Assembly (NCBI GenBank): GCA_013239625.1
Contig: MU053472.1
Span: 1 to 64,000, forward strand
Length of the DNA: 64,000 bases
Direction: 5' to 3'
Source: Lama guanicoe
Taxonomy: Eukaryota
Shown here: one piece after another, positions 11,796-23,560 of the stretch
How the letters are laid out: every line of letters starts with the position of its first letter
Numbering within the stretch: position 1 is the first letter of the stretch
The notes under the pieces: model-generated
Databases searched by the model: none
The model's input: only the letters and a program-made list of their open reading frames with translations
Told to the model about the DNA's origin: nothing
Made by a program: the position numbers and the translations under genes

Positions 11796-12172
11796 GGTAC
11801 GGGAGTAGGGTTCTCACCCAGGTTGGAAGCGAGGCCTGCCATGGGAGTCAGTGTTCATTGACTTCTGAAGACACATGGAATCGGGGGGTCACCTGCTCTG
11901 TTGGTGATCTGGGATAATTATCGAGTTTCAGCAGCCATGCTCTGACCTCTTCTCCCAAGATGCTGTAGCTGCTGGTCGGCAGTACATTTTCTGAAGGACC
12001 AAACAGTACTGTCTGCTTCCTTGGTTTAGGAGGGGAAGACTGGGGGCATCAAGAAGGGAAGAGGCTATAAGACTCTCAGGGAGTGATATGCTTCAGCCCC
12101 TCCCTCAGCACCAAGCCCCGCTCCCTCCTACAGAGGCAGCCTGGTTTCTGGAAAGACTATTTTGTTTTTCAG

Positions 12173-12321
12173 CTGGACGAAGACCAGGAGCTTGTCCCAG
12201 GGTGCCAGCAGGAACCGTTGGGCTTTGTGTTGAAGGGTGCACTGGGGATGCATCCTGTCCTGCGGGACAAAAGTGCTGCAGCAATGGGTGTGGTCACACC
12301 TGCCAAGCCGCTGTTCGAGAC
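12173..12321 (+). CDS. WFDC18: Canonical 8-Cys WAP four-disulfide core exon, WFDC18/WDNM1-like (GRRPGACPRVPAGTVGLCVEGCTGDASCPAGQKCCSNGCGHTCQAAVRD)
   Basis: Acceptor tttgtttttcag| and donor GAC|gtgagt; PGACP and KCCSNGCGH motifs; position upstream of WFDC21/HEATR6 matches the known Wfdc17/18-Wfdc21-Heatr6 synteny. The symbol is the closest family label, not proven orthology. Confidence 0.8.
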
Positions 12322-12610
12322 GTGAGTATACGAGAGAGAGCTGCGTTTGGGGAGGATGAGTCCTTGCTAGTCTCTGCCAGCCCAGAAGGGACCCCAGCCA
12401 CCCCTCTGCTCACTGAAGTCTGGGTGGCATGTGGAGCAAGCTGTTGGGTAGCTTAGAGCAGGCATTTCTGGAAAGTGGCATAATTACCTTTTCATTTTAG
12501 GAGGACTTCCTTATTCGTTTGGATGACTGATGGACCTTGGCCTCCTTCCGTGACTGTTCCCAAAAGTCATCTTTACTCTAAGAGCTTGGCTTTCTCACTA
12601 TCTTTTCCAG

Positions 12611-12640
12611 GAACCCCGGGATCCCAGGATGAGAATCTAA
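12611..12640 (+). CDS. Probable terminal coding exon of the WFDC gene (EPRDPRMRI*)
   Basis: Acceptor tcttttccag| in phase 0, matching the preceding donor; TAA at 12638-12640; AATAAA at 12722. An alternative acceptor at 12501 gives EDFLIRLDD*. Confidence 0.5.
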   Translation, partial: EPRDPRMRI

Positions 12641-12721
12641 AATAACTTGGTTTAAGGGTTGAATTCTGGCCATTGTTTGTGAAATCATGGGGTGACTGCT
12701 TCCAAAATTATCTTCCTTCTG

Positions 12722-12727
12722 AATAAA
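12722..12727 (+). terminator. Polyadenylation signal for the WFDC18-like gene
   Basis: AATAAA about 80 nt after the candidate stop. Confidence 0.6.
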
Positions 12728-13965
12728 ATGATTCCTGTGGCATTATCCAACCTGAGTCATTATTTCTATGGAAATTTTCTAGTTCCCTTACACTAGTATC
12801 TCCACCTCCAACAAGTATTTAACCCCAATCCATAAACCCTCTCTCTTTCTCATCATCCATCTTCACTCTTGTCCTCTCTTTCTTCCCCATCCTTTCTCCT
12901 GGGAGCACTCACCAGCTCGGGCACTCAGTGCAGCCTAGAAATCTAACTACATTTCCCCCAGAAAATTCACCCTCCCAACAACCAAGAGGATGATTTCACA
13001 CTTCTCTTTCTTCAGATCTCCATCTCATCTACGTCTCACTCCAACCTCCCCCATTCAGGTCTCCCCACTATCTCGCCACAGCTTTTGTGGAGAAAATAAT
13101 TGCAAGTCAGCACAAGTTCCCTGCTGTTCTATCCCCATATAGTTGCACCCATTTTCTCCACTTTATCCCCAGCAGTAATGGAAAAAACCCTCCCTACTCC
13201 TATTTAAGTCCAGCCCCTCCACATACATTCTGGAAAGTACCCCTTCTTAGCTAATCAAAGACTACGCTTCTCTAATAATTTTCTCCACGATCACAGACAT
13301 CTCCCTTGCTACTGGGTCACTCCAGTTGTCATACATCAATTGCTTGGACTTCATGTTTCAATATGGCTCCCATTCGTTCCACGGCTGAAATTCCAGATAT
13401 CATTGTTCATATTCTTTGCCTCCCCACCACTGCCTCCACCCGTTCTCCCTTCAAAGAGCATGCCTCTCTCTTCCCTGCGATTGGCTCCCATCCCCATCTG
13501 ACCTCACTCCAGGACTCTCACCAAGCTTCCTCTGGTCTACCATGCACACTGAAACTTGGACCATGCCACTCATGTGGCCTGAACATCACTTATGTAGCTA
13601 GAGCCTCCAACTGGGGCTGGCACCAGGGATGGAAAGCTGGCACATTGCACCACAAATGTTCTCAGGAGTTAATAGAATAGCTCAGGGTCCTATTGGGCCT
13701 CTGGAGGATGATGCCCAAGGTAATGACAACTCAACTGTGGTTCTTTTCACGGTACCAATGCTCCATAGAGGTTGTGAAGAGCAGCCTCTTACCTTTAGGA
13801 GTTTAAAACCCAATTGAGGATAAGGGAACATTTAGAGGAGAATAAAAATATTTTATCTGGTGTATTATTGGGTGTTAGATATTTTCCCTACATTACTTCC
13901 TTGTCATTACAACAGCCCCATGAGTTGTGTATGCTGAGCCTCTGACTCTTGAAGAAGACATTCTT

Positions 13966-15043
13966 TTTTTTTTAGATACACAATTTTATTTTATTTATTT
14001 TTAATGAAGTACATCGAATTACAATGTGCCAGTTTCTGGTGTGCAGCACAATGTCCCAGTCTTGCACATACATACATATATTCGTTTTCATATTTTTTTG
14101 ATTAAATATTATTACAAGATATTGTGCACAGTTCCCTACACTATACAAAAGAAACTTTTTTTTGAGGTATAGTCAGATTACAATGCTGTGTCAGTTTCTG
14201 GTGTACAGCACAATGTCATACATGGATATACATATATTAATTTTCATATTCTTTTTCACCATAATCTACTACAAGATATTGAATATATTTCCCTGTGCTA
14301 TGGAGTATAAAGTTGTTTATCTGTTTTATATATATGAGTCAGTATCTGTAAGTCTTGAACTCCCAGGTTATCCCTTCCCAACTCCCTCCCCTCTGGCAAC
14401 CACAAGTCTGTATTCTATGTCTGTAAGTCTGTTTCTGTTTTATATATAAGTTCATTTGTCTTTTTTCTTTTTTAGGTTCCACATATGAGTGATGTCATAT
14501 GGTATTTTTCTTTCTCTTTCTGGCTTACTTCACTTACAATGATAATCCCTAGGCCCATTCATGTTGCTGCAAATGGCATTATTTTATTATTTTTTATGGC
14601 TGAGTAGTATTCCATTGTAGAAATATACCACAACTTCTTTATCCAGTCATCTGTCAGTGGACATTTAGGTTGCTTCTGTGTCTTGGCTATTGTATATCGT
14701 GTTGCTATGAACATTGGGGTGCATGTATCTTTTTGCATTAGAGTTCCCTCCAGATATATACCCAGAAGTGGAATTGCTGGATCATATGGTAAGTCTATTT
14801 TTAGTTTTTTGAGGAATCTTCATATTGTTTTTCATAATGGTTGCACCAAACTACATTCCCCACAGCAGTGTAGGAGGGTTCCCTTTTCTCCATACCCTTT
14901 CCAACATTTGTCATTTGTGGACTTTTGAATGACAGCCATTCAACTGATCTGAGGTGATACCTCAGTGCAGTTTTGATTTGCATTTCTCTGATAATTGGCG
15001 ATGTTGGGCATTTTTTCCTATGTCTATTGGCCATTCGTATGTT
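13966..15043 (-). mobile_element. 5'-truncated young L1 (3' end of ORF2 plus 3' UTR) with target-site duplication
   Basis: Poly-T at 13964; minus-strand ORF2 C-terminal peptide [15 protein letters not shown]; flanking TSD ttgaagaagaCAttctt (13949-13965) / ttgaagaagaTGttctt (15044-15060). Confidence 0.9.
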
Positions 15044-16104
15044 TTGAAGAAGATGTTCTTGATGAAGAAACCTAGAGAGATTAATTGTCAAGGTCATATG
15101 GCCAGGATGTAGTAAAACCTACATTGGAATCCAGATCTTATTGGCTCCAAAACTCCCTCTTTTTCTTATACTATGTCACCTCCACAAATGAAAATGCAGG
15201 ATGGATGTTTATCTGGAAGTTTGATTCCACTCAACCACTTTGAAGGCTATCGTGCTCACCACTCTTCCATGGTGGGAAGCACTTGTAGTGTCGGGGCCTT
15301 AGGAATGGACACTGAAGGGTCTCCTAATACTTGGTTAGTGACTTGTTACAGGATCTTGGTTAACATTTGGGCAACTAAGAGCTTGAAAGACCTGGATCAA
15401 TTACATAGTCTCTGTGCCAAGCTGATTAAACAGTGCCTAAGAGAGAGGCTATAAGTTCTGGGTCCTCCTGAAATGCTGAGAGATAAAGAGAGGACCTCTG
15501 AGGTTGGGTTGTGAGACTAGAACCCTCTCAACTGACACTGGCTCGCAGTGTCCCTGGAGTCTAAAGGCCACATGATGCTACCTGGGAAAGCAGCTGCTTT
15601 CTGACTCCTGTAATTGGATCTGTGCAATGGAAAGTCACTGGTGGCCTGGAAATCTGTACTTATTTCAAGCCTGTCCAGTTCCAAAATATTTGTCCACCCT
15701 ACCCTTTTCTCCTCTCCACTGAGCTTCATTTCCTCAATCTCATGGTGAAATCCAAGGGCTCACAAATATTCCCTTCCCTATGCCAATAAAATATACAGTG
15801 GTGTCACCCTAAAATTCTTGAGCCTCACCGGCCTGTAAGGAAGGAATGAAATTACGTCTGATTAAGAGCATTGGCTGGTACTCTTTAAACACAATATGAC
15901 TGTAGTATTCTGTAACACCATTATTCAGAAAAAATTAATAGTGACCTTTAGAAATTGGAATTCCCCCCAAAAGGGTAACCATTCTTTTTTAGGAGTGGAG
16001 TGTGTGGGTGGGTGTCTGGGGAGGGATACAGAGGGGAGATTGGAGCAAGAGATCAAATGGATTTGTCAAAAGTGATGTGACTAATTAAAGTTAAGATTTA
16101 TGAA

Positions 16105-16520
16105 TTAGCTGCTGCAACAAACCCCCAAATCTCACTGGCTTAATTCAATTAAGGTTTATTTGTCCCCGGTGTGAAATCCAAAATGAGTGTTCTTGAAAGG
16201 CAGGCAGCTTTCCTCCAAGTGGGGATTTGGGGGCCAGGCTCCTTTTATCTTGCAATACTGACCAGTTTCAACACTTGGCTTCCAGGGTCACTTGCCTAAG
16301 TGCTTCAGGCTAGCAACAGGAAGGAGATGGGGGAGGATTGTGCATGGGTGGGGGCAGGGGAGTTAGGGGCCTGGCCTCAGAAGTGGTGCAGTCACTTCTT
16401 CTCACATCCCACTGCCTAGAACTGAGTCACATGGCCATGGGCAACTGCAAGGAAATCTGGGAGCTGTAATCTACCATGTTCTCAGGGAGGAGAAATGAGT
16501 TTAGTAAACACCCAGTCTGT
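16105..16520. mobile_element. Old MaLR LTR (MLT1-like) fragment
   Basis: MLT1-like motifs: gctgcaacaaacccccaaatctcactggcttaa...cacatcccactg..agaactgagtcacatggcca...gcaaggaaatctggga. Confidence 0.55.
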
Positions 16521-19500
16521 CACTCCTAGACCTATCCTTAGTGATCAAATATTCTACAGAGCCACCCCTGTAAAATGAAGATTTTTCAAAATAGCTTTGC
16601 AAAAGGAAAAATGCAAAATGCATAATACAAACTGGAGCCACATTTCTGAGAACCTGTAATAAAAGGAGGCTTGAGGATTCTGTCCAAGGTGGAAGGAGGG
16701 GGGAAAAAAAGTATGATACTCAGATATCGGGTGTTCCTCACATCTGAACATGGCAGGAGGCTTATTTACCTAAGGAAATTTCTATTTATTAGCAGTTCAG
16801 GTAGTATGACCCAGTGAGGAGTTCTAGATAGTTCCATGGAGATTGAGGGAAAAAGATGAGAGAATGCTAGTCCCTGTAACTACCAAGCCCTGAGCCCTGT
16901 GATACTAACATTTGGATCTAAAATCAAATGAGTGCGAACATGTAAGGAAAAGGCATAAACTGTGTTGAATGGAGGAGAGAGCTTGGGGTTTGGAGTCAGA
17001 AAGACTTGGGTGATTAAAAAGCTATGTGAACTGGGGAAGTTATTATCTCTTCAGGTGTGCAATGGAGATAACCCCTGAGTATTTTTGATCTTTCAGGAGT
17101 GTAGATAATGAATGTATATAATTATACATATTATTTAAAATTAATATACGTGTATTAGTGTCTGTATGTATTTGTAAAACCTGGCACACAGAAGGGCCCA
17201 ATAAAAACCAGGTCTTTTTCTTCCCACCTCCTTTCCCTCTATTGCTCAGAGTGGCCTCCATTCTTTAGTTATCTTGATTATTAAGTGGGACAAGCTATTT
17301 CTTTTGGCACAGGGAGCTTATGGGAAAATACGACATTACTCAATGCTAAGCCCAGGTCTACGTCATCCAGAAAGGTCAGCTGTCTATCGGGGATTAAGTG
17401 TAAAATTACCTGTGTTTTGATCCAGGTTCCACATGCTGCCAAGCTCAGAGAGGAGGAGTATTGCTCTCAGCCCATCTCTGCCCACCTGCGTCATCATCAA
17501 AGGAGACTTCATTCAGCATGATGTGAGGGGCGTCTTCCTCCCCACCGTCCACACAGAGCTGCAGGAGCTGTCCTCAAAACTCGCAAGGTGGTTGGCAAAT
17601 CCAGGTAGCAACTGTCTATTAGTGTTGGAAGGAGGAAGTCAGGCACATGGTGTGTACAAATACGAGAAGAAGGGAAAGGGAGTGGGAAAGGCAGGGGGCA
17701 CAAGGCATTCTATATGACATAAAAGGGCAGGGGGACATCTCAAGTGCCACCTCTGCATCTGCTCACATGTTCGTCCCTCAGCTACACTCCCCACCCTTCC
17801 CATGGGCCTCCTCTGCTTCTGCACACACCTGTATTCACCATGGTGCCTTGCTGGGCACATACTGAATGCCCAGTAATACCAGGAATATGGTTCATTTCTT
17901 TTAAAGGAGAAACATTCATATCAGTGGAGTTTCCAACTAACAACTCTTCTCAGAGATGAGGAATCTGGAGTCCCATAGAGAGGGCATGACTTATCCAAGG
18001 TCGCACAGTGGTGACTCAGAGGCTTAATCCCCGGGCGCACTGGGTTATAAGCAAGAATTCCTCTTTGAAAGAAACCTCTCATGAATCCTGGAAACAGCAA
18101 CATTTGTTGGGTGCTTGCTGTCTTCCAGGCATTGTGCTGAGTCCTGAATATAATTAGCGAATTTAATTCAGAGCCCAACACTGTGGGGCAGGTACTATTC
18201 TTAAGATCATTTTTTAGGGGAGGAAACAGAACTCACAGGGGTTCTATGATTTGTCCATGGTTACACAGCTACTAAATTGGAGTCAGGATCTGACCCAGGC
18301 AGTCAGGTTCCAGAGCTCAGACTCTTGCCTGATGCACGATCTCGATGTGGAGCAAGAAGAGGTTTAGGTGGGCGGACACATGCTTAACATTTTCGTGAGG
18401 TCCAGATCTTACCCTGCAGTCCCTACTGGTAATCTCAACCTTGGTCTCATGCTCTAATTTCAGAGCACAGGGAACAAATAGTGGAGCTGGTATTTGGAGC
18501 AGTCACTGCTGATAACAAACCCCTGTGATTGCTGATAACAATGTTTCAAATGTTCTCATTGGGAGCCGAACCCATTGGGTGGGGACAGTACTTTTTAGAC
18601 ACTTGCAATGCTCTTTACCACCTTGTGGAGAAATGATACAAGATTATTTGTGACTTAAGGGACCCTCCTCTGGCTACTGACTCTGTAAACAGAAAGTGGT
18701 CCCATGCTAAGCTTCCTGACCTCCATACGGGAATCATGAACCCATGCAGAGTCATCCAGCTGTCAGTAATACCAGCTTGAGCCCTGGAATTTCTTTACGG
18801 TTCAGTTTATAATTTCTAGCAGAATCAAATATGGGCAGGTTCTGATTCCTCTTTCTTTTGTAATATTTCCTCCATGAACTGATACACTTTTGCACACATG
18901 GTCTAAACTCTCATTCATTTCTCATTCTCTCCATCATGGGCTTATTTAATAATTACTGAGCACAATAAACAGCCATCATTCAGCATGGAAGACAAAAGAT
19001 AAATAAGACCTTCCACCCCTCCCCCCATTCTAGCCATCAAGATATTCACAGGAGAGAAACATTTAAAAATAATAATAATTAATTGATTACAACATAGTGT
19101 GCTAAGTACAATGACCAGATAAGTACAAAAAGAAAGTTAATTCCCCCAGGGTAGAAGTTGAGGGAAGCTTCAGAAGTGACATTTGTGCTGACCCTTGTTA
19201 GATATGGCAGAGAAAGAAAGGAAAAAGGAATTCCAAGTCCAAGGAGCTGCATGATCTGTTTCACAGGAGCGCGAAGCACTTGGCAAGAGGCAGCAGCCAG
19301 AGCAGTCTGATGTGCCTGGGTGGTGAGAGATGGGGGGAAGAGGCAGGGGAGCAGAAGGGGGCCCATTACCAAGGCCCCTGAGTAACCCAAAGGACAGACT
19401 AAGCATGTACTCAGGGCACCAGCAAAACAGAGAACCCCAGATAAAGTCAGAAAAGAAGATATCTTAAAAAGAAACAAATTTAATTTCAACATACCTTTGA

Positions 19501-20829
19501 GTTTTGTGCAATTTAAAAAATGCTTTAGCATTTAAAAAAAACTTGGAGTTCCATACAGAGACTATCACTTTACGGTAATAGTCTTTTCAGGGTTTAGGAT
19601 CTCTAGAAGTTTCTTTCTGTCTCTGACCCCAAACATAGAAATTAGATACCAACCAGTCTTAGCTTTGGGATAGGCAGGATTGAGTTAAGGCCATTTGCAA
19701 AACTGCCTTATGAATAACCCACAAATGTCCCCCTTAACCCACCTCGGGGCACTAACACTATATGAGATCTGTCCTTTGCCCAAGGGACCTCTAACTAGTG
19801 CATTTCAGGAACTGTGACAAAGGGACCTTAACAGGGAGGATCTTTTCCTGTAGCCCAAGAATTAGGAACCAGGGCCCCTGGTGAAACATCAAATACTCCG
19901 CTTTCTAAAGAGAAGTCAGCCATCTCCCCAGGGCCTTATTTGGAGGCTACGAACTGGTCCTGCCATTACCAACCAGCCCAGGCATCCTTATCTCACATTA
20001 AGATGGACATCTTATGGGACACAGTGTTCACAGCCAGAAGTTATACATGCCTCCTTCCATCCCTGCTGCCATGGGGGAGGGAAGAGAACACATCCCTCCA
20101 AAAAAACCAAGAGGAGAGTGTGTTTCAGAGAATCACTCCTCTCGATTAGAAGTGTCTACACGAAGCCGGGAAATGAAATCTCTCTCCCTAGCTGATTGGT
20201 TACTGCAGCCCCATCTCTTTCCCACACCAGTGCTTCCTGATGAGAAACTTTCTGGAAGAGTTGAACATGTATATCGGGCATTTGGGGGTCTCAGAAATGA
20301 AGGTGGACAAGATGAGGTGGAAATCCATCCCAAGAAAATTACATGTGATCATATAGGCAAAGACCACCGCACCTGCCTAGGTGCCCAGCAGTAGCGAGAA
20401 TTAGACCAATCCAGAAGGAGATTAGAGTTATCTCCTTACCACCAGGAGGGGACCTAGGAGCACCCCTGCTGGCTGTCCTACTGCCCCACCCCCCGCCCTT
20501 GATACCAGAGATGCCGGGGCCCAGAACGGGGAGGGGTGAAACAAAAGAGCAGACTGCACTACACTAGCTGGCACCCAGTTCCTACACTGTAATTACCATA
20601 AGGACATAATCCTCATGCCCAGCACGGGCCCGGCCCAGAGAAGACATGTGTTGCTTGTGTTGAAAAATGAATGAATGAATGAATGAAAGTATCCTCACCC
20701 CAATACACTCCGTTTCTCAGCCACTCACTGCTTTCCTGGTTTAGGAGTGTTAGTCAGAGGAGGGTGTTCCCTTGGCTCAGAGACTTGCTTAGGTAACAAT
20801 GTGGCATTACCCAAGGTACACATAGTGTG

Positions 20830-20925
20830 TGTTCTCCGGAAATGTCAGCTTCTGGGCAGGGCTTGGCCCTAGTCCCACCCCTGGCATTTCATCCCAGCTC
20901 AGTGGGCAGAAGAGCATAAATTGCA
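20830..20925 (+). promoter_or_regulatory. WFDC21: Candidate WFDC21 proximal promoter
   Basis: TATA-like CATAAA at 20915-20920, ~55 nt upstream of the ATG; overlapping TTC-N4-GAA (STAT-type) and CCGGAAAT (ETS-type) motifs at 20832-20843. Confidence 0.45.
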
Positions 20926-20973
20926 GCTGCTCTCAGCCCTGCTGTATTTTTACCGAAGACCTCCAATGGCAAC

Positions 20974-21070
20974 ATGAAGTTGGCAGGCTTTCTCCTCCTC
21001 GTGACCCTAGCCATTCTCAGCTCAGAGGTACAGGAGCTTCAGGCTGCAGTGAGACCGTTGAAACTTTTGG
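20974..21070 (+). CDS. WFDC21: WFDC21 (Wdnm1-like) exon 1: signal peptide MKLAGFLLLVTLAILSSEVQELQAAVRPLKLL(G)
   Basis: Start context gcaacATGa, hydrophobic leader, donor TGG|gtgagt (phase 1); closely resembles the mouse Wfdc21 N-terminus as I recall it. Confidence 0.92.
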
Positions 21071-22994
21071 GTGAGTCCGTGCGGAAGGCAAACCCATACT
21101 TCTTTGAATGAGTAAGCCAGAAAAATAAGCCATCAGGGACCAGTGAGTGCAGGAGCAGGAGGGGAAGAAAGGAGAGAGGGGAAGATATTCTCATCAGGGA
21201 GCCGTTTCTGAGACCCACCTTGCCTGCAGGATCTCTCTTCTGCTTTTACTCCCTCTCCTCTTTCCCCAGGTCACCCTCCATCTGGACTCTCTGAAAGGGG
21301 AGACTTTTGTCCCCTCATTAGCCACCCTCCATCACCCCAGCCCCTCTCTCTCCACCAGATTCTTTGTCTCTTGCTACAAATAAGTTGGATCGCCTAGAGA
21401 AAATATTTCCTTAATTATATGAAACAAATTATATAAATATTACATATTATTATATTAATATTATATTATAATTATATTAATCATCTCAATCTCTTTGTTT
21501 CCTTTTACCACCAACATTCTCAAAGGAATAACCTTACTTCTCTGCCCTTTCTTCTTCATGGCTCATTCCTTAATCCCTTGAAGATGGACCATAGCCTCCG
21601 CTGCTGCTCCCATCACTTTCCCAGATCTTGACAAATCTCTTGACTCTCTTCAGTAGCCAAAGGCTGTAGCCTCTGCAGCATCTGACATCGTTTGCCTCTC
21701 CATGAGTCCTCCAACTTTCTTCTCTCTTGGATTATCTTCACTGTAACTTCTTCATCTCCCTAAATATCATTGGACTTAACTCTTACCCCTCTCTCTTCTT
21801 TGTTCTCCTTCCCCTATATTAAATTGGTTGCCAAATACCATTCATTCTCTGAAATTGTTTTCTTACACATGTTCCTTCCTTTCCAAGCCCCATTGCCACA
21901 CTGTATTTCCAGCCCTGATTACTCAATGCTTGGGCCAGTGCAACAGCTTCCTAATAGCTCTCCCTGCCCCTCTCTTCCTTTTGAAGTTTGCTTGCCTGTT
22001 GAATCCTGGCGCAGCCTATGCTCTGTCACCAGAATAATCTTTGGAAGTAAACTGCCATCACATCGCCCTCTTGGCCTAACCAATGAAATCCCAACTCCTC
22101 AGGTCCCCAAGGTCTGCCCTCAGTAACGTTGTCCCTTGCCTTCCTTTCCTGCATGATTTCCAGCTGCTCCCTAATACTTATCCAGCCTTCTATTTGCGAT
22201 TCTTCCTGTGTTCCTTGTATTCCAGGGTGAAGAGTGAAGAGATGAGGCACCTGGGGTGCAAAATCAAGCAGCTGCTCACCCTTAGGGTTGTACAAGTGCC
22301 TTCTAATCTCTTGATAATAGCTGAGTAACCAACCAGAGTTCTGCACACATTTTGTTAGAAAACCTTATGGGATCTTAGCCAGCTTCTTGGACCTGTTTCA
22401 TTGGCCCTCAAAGAATAATCTTGAGGCTCTGGGAACATGGGGAACCTCCACTCAGGTCAGGAGTGACTCTTTGTATCAGGGTCAGTCTCACCCCGTGGGA
22501 TGGCAGAGGGAGCTTGGCCTAGGGGCCAGGCAGGTCTGGGTTGGACCCCACATCCATACTTAATTGTAGGCAAGTCACCTCTGCTCGTTCCAGCTGTCAC
22601 ACCTGTAAAGTAGAGCCAGTCAGACTCACTGCTCAGGTGACTGCAGGGCACCCTTGATGGTCTTCAGTAAATGTGTCTCCCCTTCTCTGCCCCTTTCCCT
22701 ACAGGGTGGAGACATGAGGACATTTAAGTGTGCTTCTTCGCACGTCCTCTCGGCTAAAACAATTATCCTCTCCTTGCAAGAAGGGCTTTCTTTGCTGAGA
22801 TTGTGCGAATGCCTTTTTGTTAAACGAAAGTATATAAGATGTAAATGAGTATTATTCTGCAAGGAATCATTTATAAACTATATTATGTATTGAACTAAAA
22901 AGAAGAAAGTGGAATTGGCTCCTTAATCAAAGCCTGGCCTCTCTAGCATTTGTGACTAAAGCACACGGTTTTCAGCTGGTCTGTTCTAATGTAG

Positions 22995-23089
22995 GCACCT
23001 GCGTTGAGCTCTGCAGTGGTGACTGGGACTGTGGTCCAGAGGCACGCTGTGTCAGCAACGGTTGTGGCCACGTCTGTGTTTCAGACTAA
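22995..23089 (+). CDS. WFDC21: WFDC21 exon 2: [31 protein letters not shown]
   Basis: Acceptor ctaatgtag|; 6-Cys domain; TAA at 23087-23089; donor CAG|gtaaaa at 23096. Total CDS 97+95=192 nt, 63 aa. Confidence 0.92.
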
Positions 23090-23560
23090 GGACAGGTAAA
23101 AATATCACTCCCTTCCCTGCTTCCTCAAACCTGGTCCAAGCCACGCAGGATGTACACTAAGCCCTGATTGCACTTTCCAGAAATAGATAGGACAGAAGCT
23201 TGTCTCTCTGTGGCCTCTCCCTTTTCACCCACACTTCTCAAGAAGAAGAAGCATCTGTCACAGGATGGTGGTTTCCAAATCTTTAAAATAATTTCATTAC
23301 ATGGTATATCTTAGAGAAAAATCAGACTGTTTATTTGAACAAAAAAGTAAAAATCACCCATAATCCCCCATCCCCAAATGATTTTGCATAACACTTTGGT
23401 ACATAGTTTAAACACATACACACATGTACACTATATATATAAAAATGAAATAACCTTGTACCTATTTTGATTTCTTGATTATTTCATTTAGAAATAGCTA
23501 GTGAACAAATTTTAATTCAACACTGATGCTTCTGTACCATCATCTTTAATAGCCTTTGTG

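Larger units (their letters stand above)
6350..11840 (+). repeat. Tandem duplication, ~2.0-kb unit x ~2.75 (about 6350-8340, 8340-10350, 10350-11840 partial)
   Basis: Homologous landmarks recur at offsets of 1984 and 2005 nt: exon core at 6665/8649/10654, agc(a/g)cagag at ~6378/8362/10371, a GA-rich tract after each exon, and a MER5A-like element in each unit. Confidence 0.95.

Noticed and set aside
6350..11840. CRISPR-like or other prokaryotic repeat system
   Set aside because: The sequence is mammalian, and the repeat is a 2-kb exon-intron duplication with no short repeat-spacer structure.
12088..12456. 122-aa single-exon ORF containing the WAP domain
   Set aside because: No signal peptide, and strong splice sites at 12172 and 12322 delimit an internal exon.
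19079..19531. 150-aa hydrophobic minus-strand ORF
   Set aside because: No recognisable family or splice structure; it lies in purine-skewed sequence resembling an old L2 repeat.
21405..21482. AT-only low-complexity tract in WFDC21 intron 1
   Set aside because: Ordinary degenerate (TA)n/ATT simple repeat.
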